Positions 1 to 7,387 of a DNA stretch of 64,000 nucleotides are shown here, piece after piece. Position numbers and translations under genes: made by a program. Source of the stretch: an uncultured Spirochaetota bacterium (GTDB lineage: Bacteria; Spirochaetota; UBA4802; UBA5550). A model generated the notes under the pieces. That model was not told the origin of the DNA and ran no database searches. It was given only the letters and a program-made list of their open reading frames with translations. Position 1 is the first letter of the stretch. Each line of letters opens with the position of its first letter. Location of the stretch: assembly GCA_963827275.1 (NCBI GenBank), contig CAWHAA010000001.1, forward strand, positions 128,001 to 192,000, in the 5' to 3' direction.

Positions 1-2
1 CA

Positions 3-806
3 GAGACAAAAGCCCAGCATAATACACTCTATTGCGATTTTTGCGATAGGACAGGCATTATCCATAATCCCCATTATGAAAAACTCGGGGAAAATGCCCT
101 GACGCCCTGTCCTAAATGTGTCATAAAAAAATGTCTCTGCGGGGGCGAGGACCCATATTATTACTACAAAGACGGCCAGATCGAGGACTGCTTCTGCCGT
201 GAAACCCGGATGAAGATCATGAAGATAAACATGATATACAACCGTTCGGGGATAAACAAAAAATACCAGTGGAAACGTCTCAATGACTTTAAATCCGTGA
301 GCAAGCAGGCGGAAGAGGCGAAAAACGCCGCGTATGACATTGTCCGGCAGTTTCCTGACGTGCGAAAGGGCCTCTACCTCTGGGGCAATGCCGGCACCGG
401 CAAAACCCTGCTGGCTTCGATCATCCTTACGGAAATCATCATACGCCGCGCTGTTGAAGGCAGGTTTATCAGCATATCACGGAATTTTTTTAAAAGCATA
501 CAGGAAACATTTCATGAAGGGTCCGAGACGTACGGCGAATCAGCCAGGATTGAAAAAGAGCTGGCCGATGTTGATATCCTGGTAATAGACGATTTCGGAA
601 TACAGAAAGACACGGAATGGAAGCAGGAAACCCTGTATGACCTGGTTGACGCGCGGTACGAAGCGGAAAAATTCACCATCTTCACATCGAATACCAACCC
701 GCACAAGGCCCTCAAGGACCTTTCACAGGGAAGGATCCTCTCCCGCATCAAAGAAATGTGCAGAATAATTGAGATCAGCGGCGACGACTACAGGGATAAA
801 TTATAG
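3..806 (+). CDS. DnaC/IstB-like AAA+ ATPase with N-terminal Cys-rich (Zn-binding) region; 5'-truncated by window
   Basis: Walker A GNAGTGKT, Walker B ILVIDDFG, 'ARYE...TIFTSN...RILSRIKEMC' typical of the DnaC/IstB family. The frame is open from base 3 (CDFC..CPKC..CLC..CFC) upstream of the ATG at 210. Confidence 0.8.
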   Translation, partial: ETKAQHNTLYCDFCDRTGIIHNPHYEKLGENALTPCPKCVIKKCLCGGEDPYYYYKDGQIEDCFCRETRMKIMKINMIYNRSGINKKYQWKRLNDFKSVSKQAEEAKNAAYDIVRQFPDVRKGLYLWGNAGTGKTLLASIILTEIIIRRAVEGRFISISRNFFKSIQETFHEGSETYGESARIEKELADVDILVIDDFGIQKDTEWKQETLYDLVDARYEAEKFTIFTSNTNPHKALKDLSQGRILSRIKEMCRIIEISGDDYRDKL

Positions 807-1253
807 ATGGCCCTCGCCTACATCGGTCTGGGTTCCAACCTGGGTGAACGGAAAAAAAACATCGATGCCGCCGTTGCTGCAATCGCGTCAGGCCTTCCCG
901 CGGTTGTCCTTAAACGAAGCACAATCATTGAAACAGACCCGGTTGACTACCTCGATCAACCCCGCTTCCTCAACCAGGTCATTCTGATTGAAACCGACCT
1001 GAGCCCCCATGACCTGCTCCGGCATCTGCAAAAGACCGAAGGGGACCTGGGCAGGACTAAATCATTTCCCAAAGGGCCGCGGACCATCGACCTCGACATA
1101 TTGCTTTACGACAACATCATCATGAATACCGACGACCTTATTATTCCCCACCCGGAGATTAAGAACAGGGAATTCGTATTGAAGCACCTTCTCGAACTTG
1201 AGCCGGACATCACGGACCCGGCAACGGGAAAAAAATACCGGACACTGTCATAA
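807..1253 (+). CDS. folK: 2-amino-4-hydroxy-6-hydroxymethyldihydropteridine diphosphokinase
   Basis: AYIGLGSNLG, GPRTIDLDIL, IPHP motifs. Confidence 0.95.
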   Translation: MALAYIGLGSNLGERKKNIDAAVAAIASGLPAVVLKRSTIIETDPVDYLDQPRFLNQVILIETDLSPHDLLRHLQKTEGDLGRTKSFPKGPRTIDLDILLYDNIIMNTDDLIIPHPEIKNREFVLKHLLELEPDITDPATGKKYRTLS

Positions 1254-1258
1254 GGGCC

Positions 1259-2530
1259 TCACGCCCGCACGACCGGGATCTCGTCCCACCGCGTGGTATA
1301 TCTCCCGGAAAGAAACTCGCGGCGCATCCGCCAGGGCTTCGCGCTCCCCTCTGCCGCAAAGCTCAGGGTATGGCGCCCCATCTCCCGGTTGACGCGGTCC
1401 ACCGCCTGCATCAGGCGGCGGGTGCGGTCCGTGTCATGCAGGCCGCTGAAAAGGTCAGGCTGCGCGTCTTCCTCGGGAAGTATTTCGCAGAGCATCACCC
1501 CCGCCTTCTTGTAGGAATATCCCTGCCGGTAGATCCGATCGAGCAGCCGTACCGCAATGCGGATAAGGTGAGGGGTATACGACGAGGGGACCGGCAGGTC
1601 GCAGCTGATGCCGTTGGAATACTGCGGGTCGTTCTCCCTGAACCTGTTGGTGGACAGGAACACGGTGACGGAACCGGCCGCGCTTTTCTGGGCCCGGAGC
1701 TTTTCCGCGGCCCTGCTCATATACGCGGCAACGGCCTCGCGCAGCTCATCCAGGCGCTCAACCGGCCGTCCAAAAGAGCGGGAACTCACGATCCCCTTCT
1801 TCGGCGCGGGGAGCTCGTCGAGGGGAATGCACGGCACCCCCCGCAGTTCCCACACGGTGCGGAGACCCACGATCGTCATGTTGCGCCGCACCCACCTGTC
1901 AGACGCGTCCCTGAGCTGCGCGGCAGTGGTGATGCCGTTCCGCCGGAGGAGGTCGCGATACTGCCGTCCCACGCCCCACACGTCGCCGGCGTCCGTGGCC
2001 GCAAGGGTTCTGTCCATACCGGCGCTGTCGGTGAGCCCGAAAACCCCCTGGCACGCAGGGTCCCTCTTGCCGATCCTGCTGGCCAGCTTCGCCAGGGTCT
2101 TGGTGGGAGCGATACCGATGCTTACCGGTATACCGGTCCACTGGTTCACGAGATCACGCACCAGCCTGCCGTATTCCACCGGGTCGCCGCTCATTTCCCG
2201 CATGGAAAGGAATGCCTCATCGATGGAATAGATCTCCATCTCCGGCGAAAACCGGGCCAGGCAATCCATGACCCGCCGCGACATGTCACCGTAGAGAGAA
2301 TAGTTCGATGAGAAAACGGCCACATGGCGGCGCCGGAGAAGCTCCTTCACCTTGAAAAAAGGGGCGCCGAAGGGAAGCCCCATCTCCTTCACTTCATTAG
2401 AGAGGGCAACCACGTTGCCGTCATTATTGGAGAGCACCACGACGGGCCTTCTCCTCGTCTCCGGGCGGAAGACCCGTTCGCAGGAGACGTAGAAATTGTT
2501 GCAATCGACAAGAAAAAACAGGGTTTTCAT
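1259..2530 (-). CDS. umuC: Y-family DNA polymerase V subunit UmuC
   Basis: LVDCNNFYVSCE, VLSNNDG, YSIDEAF, C-terminal W.MRR..LS.RYTT.W; start placed at the ATG at 2530 (MKTLFFLVD). Confidence 0.92.
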   Translation of the reverse strand: MKTLFFLVDCNNFYVSCERVFRPETRRRPVVVLSNNDGNVVALSNEVKEMGLPFGAPFFKVKELLRRRHVAVFSSNYSLYGDMSRRVMDCLARFSPEMEIYSIDEAFLSMREMSGDPVEYGRLVRDLVNQWTGIPVSIGIAPTKTLAKLASRIGKRDPACQGVFGLTDSAGMDRTLAATDAGDVWGVGRQYRDLLRRNGITTAAQLRDASDRWVRRNMTIVGLRTVWELRGVPCIPLDELPAPKKGIVSSRSFGRPVERLDELREAVAAYMSRAAEKLRAQKSAAGSVTVFLSTNRFRENDPQYSNGISCDLPVPSSYTPHLIRIAVRLLDRIYRQGYSYKKAGVMLCEILPEEDAQPDLFSGLHDTDRTRRLMQAVDRVNREMGRHTLSFAAEGSAKPWRMRREFLSGRYTTRWDEIPVVRA

Positions 2531-2537
2531 ATGATTG

Positions 2538-2978
2538 TTATTGCCGGAGAATCTTTTCGAGGTTGGGAGGATAGCCCCAGAGGAATTTCCAGCATACAAT
2601 GTTATCAATAAACTCCTTGATAACAATATAATTTTTATACTGATAGTTATCGGTAGTATTATTTTTCAGGCACTTATTCAAAAATTTCTTCACAGCATAC
2701 GCAAGAATTAAAGAAACCGACATCTTGAGCAACTTCCTCAAATCCAAAAAATACTCATAATCATCCATTCGTAGCTGTACATGAAACGTGCGCCACTCAT
2801 CCGGCCTGCCCTTCCTCTGGTACCTGACCATGCTGCCGATACGCGCCGGATCAGGAATATCATCCATAGCTTTTTTTATAAGAAGTATGATCATCTCGGA
2901 GCGAGATACGCCCCTGGACCGTGCCGCCAGGGATATCCTGTCTAAAATGCGCGCATTAATATTGAGTGTCGTCTCCAT
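2538..2978 (-). CDS. Putative DNA-binding protein with two ribbon-helix-helix-like repeats (DUF1564-like spirochaete family)
   Basis: ATG at 2978 with GAGG upstream. Two RHH-like units (TTLNINARILDRISLAARSRGVSRSEMII; FHVQLRMDDYEYFLDLRKLLKMSVSLIL). Family resemblance is from memory, not searched. Confidence 0.55.
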   Translation of the reverse strand: METTLNINARILDRISLAARSRGVSRSEMIILLIKKAMDDIPDPARIGSMVRYQRKGRPDEWRTFHVQLRMDDYEYFLDLRKLLKMSVSLILAYAVKKFLNKCLKNNTTDNYQYKNYIVIKEFIDNIVCWKFLWGYPPNLEKILRQ

Positions 2979-3078
2979 AAATTTATCCTCATCCGTAGTA
3001 TTGAATTTAAACACTATGGGATACGAACGGGACAATCAAAATGATAAATTTTTTCTATGCGCCTCAACAGTCAGCATC

Positions 3079-3543
3079 TTATTTGAAACTATGAATCACA
3101 TGCACCACCACGCCCCAGACCTCAAATCCCGTTTCGCCTGTCACTTCAAGCGGTGCGTAGTTCGGGTTTTCCGAGGCAAGATATACACGGCCGCTTTCCC
3201 GGATAAAACGCTTTACCGTAAGCTCTCCGTTCAGGATGGCGATAATAATGCTCCGGTCCCGGGCAGTCTCGGCCCTGTCCACGACCAGGACGTCGCCGGA
3301 ATGAATCCCCGCTCCCGTCATCGATTCGCCCGACACACGCACGAAAAAGGTTGCTGACGGATGCCTGATGAGAAGCTCGTTCAGGTCGAGCCCTTTCTCC
3401 ACATAATCATCGGCCGGAGAAGGAAAACCGGCAGGGATCCTGGCCGCAAACAAGGGGAAACGCGCCGGGCCGCATGCACCAATCCGATGTATGGATGCTA
3501 TAGAGCCGTCGCGGGGTGCCGATAGTGTCTCCGCCGTATGCAT
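3079..3543 (-). CDS. umuD: DNA polymerase V subunit UmuD (S24 peptidase)
   Basis: AGFPSPADDY, VSGESM (catalytic Ser), GELTVKR (catalytic Lys), VWGVV; AGGAGG RBS. Confidence 0.92.
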   Translation of the reverse strand: MHTAETLSAPRDGSIASIHRIGACGPARFPLFAARIPAGFPSPADDYVEKGLDLNELLIRHPSATFFVRVSGESMTGAGIHSGDVLVVDRAETARDRSIIIAILNGELTVKRFIRESGRVYLASENPNYAPLEVTGETGFEVWGVVVHVIHSFK

Positions 3544-3684
3544 GAAAGCCCCTCCTGGCCGGGGTCAGAGTAACATCATACCGCCAATATAAATAACCGG
3601 AATAATATGTCAACATATGTTTAGTATTATATTTTTAATACTACCCGTTTTCAGCGAAAAGCTTGCAATATTATTTGATTTATC

Positions 3685-3706
3685 AATATTTGACATATCA
3701 AATATT
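3685..3706. promoter_or_regulatory. Inverted repeat AATATTTGA-N4-TCAAATATT, probable MarR operator
   Basis: Perfect 9-bp arms 14 nt before the marR start; a second TTGA-N4-TCAA at 3675-3686. Confidence 0.6.
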
Positions 3707-3720
3707 TAAAGCGAGAAAAT

Positions 3721-4140
3721 ATGGATGATAGACTCATTTTTCTAATATCGAAAGCGGGACATGCCCTGAAAAATTATATGAAGCGAGAGTGCATAAACGA
3801 AGGTGTTACAATTTCCTCGGCGCAGGCGGGTATGCTTATGGCCCTGAAGATGCGCGATGGGCTTTCAATGAACCAGATGAGTGAAATAATTTCTATTGAT
3901 AACGCCGCAGTCACACGTCACGTGGATGATCTTGAACGAAAGGGGCTGGCCAGGCGGGAAGCGGATGCAGGCGACAGGAGAAAAACCATTATCCGCATTA
4001 TGCCAGAAGGAATTGCGGAAGCAGAAAAAGCGAAAGCTGTTGCCCGGAGAGTCAACAGCATGATAAAAGATGGGTTCACCGAACAAGAGATTGAAATCTT
4101 CAAACGTATTCTGAGCAGTTTTTTTGAAAAATTCAAATGA
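3721..4140 (+). CDS. MarR-family transcriptional regulator
   Basis: wHTH 'NAAVTRHVDDLERKGLARR...DRR' signature. Confidence 0.9.
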   Translation: MDDRLIFLISKAGHALKNYMKRECINEGVTISSAQAGMLMALKMRDGLSMNQMSEIISIDNAAVTRHVDDLERKGLARREADAGDRRKTIIRIMPEGIAEAEKAKAVARRVNSMIKDGFTEQEIEIFKRILSSFFEKFK

Positions 4141-4158
4141 TGAATTACAGGAGGTCAT

Positions 4159-4617
4159 ATGATCACGCCATTATCAGCATATAATAAACTAAAAGGTCTC
4201 CCCATGGGTAAATATATTTTTTCAAGGGTGGTATGCATCATGGCACCCTACTTCAGTACCATCAAACCACGTTTTGTCGAGTTGAAGCCGGGATATTGTG
4301 AAATAAAGATGAGAGACCGCAGGGCGGTACGAAATCACCTTAACAGCGTACATGCCATTGCCATGTGTAATCTCTGTGAGCTGGCCGGTGGTATGGCTCT
4401 TGACGCAACCCTGCCTGCAGACTTGAGGTGGATACCCAGGGGAATGAATGTTGAATATGTCAAGATCGCACGAAGCAACCTGAAAGGAACCTGCTCAATA
4501 GCCGGCAACACGATAAAAGGAGAGGGGCCTCTTCCAGTCACTGTCAGCATCACTGACACAAGCGGGACCGAAGTTATGAAGGCCATTATCAATATGCATA
4601 TTACGAAAAGAAAATAA
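4159..4617 (+). CDS. Hotdog-fold thioesterase-like protein (DUF4442/PaaI-like)
   Basis: APYFSTIKP...NHLNSVHAIAMCNLCELAGG; AGGAGG RBS. Confidence 0.8.
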   Translation: MITPLSAYNKLKGLPMGKYIFSRVVCIMAPYFSTIKPRFVELKPGYCEIKMRDRRAVRNHLNSVHAIAMCNLCELAGGMALDATLPADLRWIPRGMNVEYVKIARSNLKGTCSIAGNTIKGEGPLPVTVSITDTSGTEVMKAIINMHITKRK

Positions 4618-4630
4618 ATGATTGTAAATA

Positions 4631-5293
4631 CTACAGCGGGGCGATACACGCGGCAGAATCATTCTTTGGCGAGTTGACCAGCGTCGAGACAGGATATGCT
4701 GTCATTTCATCTGCCGGATACGGCACCAGGAGGGCCAGTGCTTCATCCGGTGTAGCTTTAGCATCAAGCCACATCTTCTCATGTTCCCGGGGGATAATGA
4801 CCGGCATCCTGTCATGGATTGGCCTCATGATATCATTGGCCCCTGTTGTTATAATGGTACACGTATGCAATTCTTTGCCCTGCGGTGACATCCATGTTTC
4901 GTGGAGACCTGCAAAACCAAATGGCTGCCCTGAAGTAAGCGTAATATAAAAAGGAACCTTTATCTTCCCTTCCCGTTTCCATTCATAAAAGCCGCTCGCA
5001 ATAATGAGACATCGGCGAGATTTAAATGCCGTTTTGAAACTGGGCTTCTGGCTTACCGTTTCGGCCCTGGCATTAATCATGTTCTGTCCTATTGAAGAAT
5101 CCTTTGCCCACGAGGGGACAAGCCCCCACTGGAAACTAACCAGGGCCCTCTTCCCATCACGCGCCAAGACTGAGATTATGCTGCTTCCCGGAGGTATGTT
5201 ATATGCCGGGATAACATCAACAAGAACATCATCGATTAGAAATGCCCTGATGATAGTGCTGACAGGCTCTAGTTGGGCGAATCGTCCACACAT
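4631..5293 (-). CDS. SOS response-associated peptidase (SRAP; YedK/HMCES family)
   Basis: N-terminal MCGRF, WGLVPSW, INARAET, GFYEW, IHDRMPVI. Confidence 0.93.
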   Translation of the reverse strand: MCGRFAQLEPVSTIIRAFLIDDVLVDVIPAYNIPPGSSIISVLARDGKRALVSFQWGLVPSWAKDSSIGQNMINARAETVSQKPSFKTAFKSRRCLIIASGFYEWKREGKIKVPFYITLTSGQPFGFAGLHETWMSPQGKELHTCTIITTGANDIMRPIHDRMPVIIPREHEKMWLDAKATPDEALALLVPYPADEMTAYPVSTLVNSPKNDSAACIAPL

Positions 5294-5400
5294 TGGATTT
5301 TTTCACTTTTTATTTTAAGATATGAAATTGCTAACAATTCCTGACATAACAATCAAGAATTAATTCAAATAAAGATGAGAGTCTTAAAGGTTTTAATGTA

Positions 5401-5435
5401 ACCGATAACTATCTATAGCAATCGGTGTCAGAGTA
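5401..5435. repeat. Degenerate copy of the CCGATAACTATCGG repeat family
   Basis: ACCGATAACTATC at 5401-5413 and GGTGTCAGAGTA (reverse complement of the partner motif) at 5424-5435. Confidence 0.65.
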
Positions 5436-5550
5436 GTTAATATCCTGTATAAGTCGCCGGTATTAAGGAAAATTTGAATAATCTCATTTTTAATATATAC
5501 ACTACAAGCATTCTTTATATTTTATTTTATATATTACCAAAAAAAAATAC

Positions 5551-5577
5551 TAATCCCACCGAGAAAGTTGCCGATAA
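5551..5577 (+). promoter_or_regulatory. Sigma-28 (FliA/SigD)-type promoter
   Basis: TAAT-N15-GCCGATAA versus consensus TAAA-N15-GCCGATAA. Confidence 0.6.
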
Positions 5578-5623
5578 AAGAAATGGGGAAATATAATAAT
5601 TGGGTAATCCTGGTGAGGTTTTT

Positions 5624-5794
5624 ATGAATGTAGCACCGAATGAATACCAGACGGTAATTGACAGCATTCAGATGAGCAACAATCTTCTGAAAATGCTGGC
5701 AGCGGCAAAACTTGGCATCGACCAGAAAATGATGAAAGCTGATGTAATTTTCAACGTTGCCGGTATTGGCGAGCATATAGATATTCAAGCATAA
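5624..5794 (+). CDS. Small protein, YjfB-like putative motility protein
   Basis: GAGG RBS before the ATG at 5624; ends GIGEHIDIQA, like YjfB-family C-termini; sigma-28 promoter upstream. Confidence 0.5.
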   Translation: MNVAPNEYQTVIDSIQMSNNLLKMLAAAKLGIDQKMMKADVIFNVAGIGEHIDIQA

Positions 5795-5855
5795 AAAACA
5801 AGGCGAACAACCAGTCCGCCTCATGCCATCAATCTCGAACATTTATACAAGAGCA

Positions 5856-6230
5856 TTATTGTACATTAATTGATATCTTTCTTGGTTTGACCGCTTCATG
5901 CTTTTGCAGCACAAGGGTCAGTACCCCATTTTCAAAGGATGCACTGATCTTTTCCCGGTCAATGTCATCACCCACATTGAATTTTCGATAATAATCATAA
6001 TTTGAAAATTCGGAATACTTTAATTCCTTGTTTTCAGATTTGTATTGCCCCACTCCCCCGCGAATTTCCAGCTCATTATTTTCGATAGTGACATCAAGGT
6101 TGTCCCTGACCACTCCGGGCATTTCAAGCTTCAAAGTGTACTGGTCATCAGTTTCATAAATGTCCGCCAGGGGGACCAGTGCTCTTTTCTCATCAGAGTA
6201 ATTATCAGCCTGTACTTTATCGTTAAACAT
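5856..6230 (-). CDS. Hsp20/alpha-crystallin small heat-shock protein
   Basis: ADIYETDD..LEMPGV...ASFENGVLTL..PRKI. Confidence 0.92.
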   Translation of the reverse strand: MFNDKVQADNYSDEKRALVPLADIYETDDQYTLKLEMPGVVRDNLDVTIENNELEIRGGVGQYKSENKELKYSEFSNYDYYRKFNVGDDIDREKISASFENGVLTLVLQKHEAVKPRKISINVQ

Positions 6231-6244
6231 ATCGGTGCCTCCGG

Positions 6245-6652
6245 TTATTTAATTTCTATCCTTTTAGGCTTTGCATCCTCGCTCTTTACAAGCTTGATGC
6301 TCAAGATGCCATCGGCAAGATTTGCATTGATCGCATTCATATCAACCCTGTAGGGCAGTTTTACAAATTTCTTGAATTTACCGAATTGCCGTTCTTTGCG
6401 TATATAGGGATTGTCCTCATAGTCGCCTTTTTTCTCCCCTTCAATGACAAGGCTGTCATTGACAAGTTGAATATCCATCTCTGCCGACTTCACTCCGGGA
6501 ACCAGGGCCCTGACCTCCAGCTCATCTTTTCCTTCGTAAATCTCAATTTGCGGAAATTCACGGCTCCTCAATTTCCCGGCATTCTCCATAAAGAATGAAT
6601 TTACTACATCCCGTAAATTTAATACCTCATCGAAGATATCATAAGTATACAT
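6245..6652 (-). CDS. Hsp20/alpha-crystallin small heat-shock protein
   Basis: LVPGV, ERQFGKF, LADGILSI; start at the ATG at 6652 after AGGAGG. Confidence 0.92.
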   Translation of the reverse strand: MYTYDIFDEVLNLRDVVNSFFMENAGKLRSREFPQIEIYEGKDELEVRALVPGVKSAEMDIQLVNDSLVIEGEKKGDYEDNPYIRKERQFGKFKKFVKLPYRVDMNAINANLADGILSIKLVKSEDAKPKRIEIK

Positions 6653-6662
6653 GTCATGCCTC

Positions 6663-7112
6663 CTAATTGATATTAATCTTGATCTTTTTTGTTTCAGCCG
6701 CTTTTTCTTTTGGGATATCAATCTTCAATACACCATGTTTGAATTCTGCCTTGATGTTATCGGCTTTCACTGATTCAGGCAGCCTGATAGACCTTTGAAA
6801 TGATCCATACGAACGTTCCATGATCAGCGCGATCTTATCATCGCCCTGACGAAATTCTTCGCTCTTCTCACCTTTTATCGTGAGAATATCGTTCTCAATA
6901 CTGACCTCCAGGTTTTTCTCATCGATTCCGGGTACATCAGCCTTAATATAAATACCCTTCCCATCTTCATGGACATCAATTGCCGGTACCCATTCCGGAT
7001 CAAACATGCTCGAAGGTTTCATATTGAAGAAGTCATCAAATATATTTGAGATGCTTCTTCGAAAAGCTTCAACTTCAGAACCATTATTACGTTTCTTGAT
7101 TGCAAACGTCAT
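6663..7112 (-). CDS. Hsp20/alpha-crystallin small heat-shock protein
   Basis: WVPAIDV, ERSYGSFQRSIRLP, FKHGVL; ATG at 7112 after AGGAGGTG. Confidence 0.93.
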   Translation of the reverse strand: MTFAIKKRNNGSEVEAFRRSISNIFDDFFNMKPSSMFDPEWVPAIDVHEDGKGIYIKADVPGIDEKNLEVSIENDILTIKGEKSEEFRQGDDKIALIMERSYGSFQRSIRLPESVKADNIKAEFKHGVLKIDIPKEKAAETKKIKININ

Positions 7113-7140
7113 ATAGCACCTCCTTGATTTGATTTTATTG

Positions 7141-7167
7141 TTAGCACTCGTTATCAATGAGTGCTAA
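7141..7167. promoter_or_regulatory. CIRCE element (HrcA operator)
   Basis: Exact TTAGCACTC-N9-GAGTGCTAA upstream of the Hsp20 operon. Confidence 0.97.
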
Positions 7168-7325
7168 CAATAAAATATAAAAAATTACCCCCATCGTCAA
7201 CATGAATTAAAAAATTTTTTTTTATGGATATAAAATTTCAGGAGAGATATAGATGTGACAATTTAAAATTATAATATATTTTAATTTGTTTATTTCAATT
7301 AATAAATGATACAAAAAAGCTATAT

Positions 7326-7341
7326 ACCGATAACTATCGGT
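7326..7341. repeat. Solitary copy of the palindromic repeat ACCGATAACTATCGGT
   Basis: Perfect 7-bp arms; followed by TGTCCCC; ~47 nt beyond the 3' end of the decarboxylase gene. Confidence 0.8.
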
Positions 7342-7387
7342 CATTGTCCCCCTATATCATATTGACTGCCGGTGCGATTATTAAATT

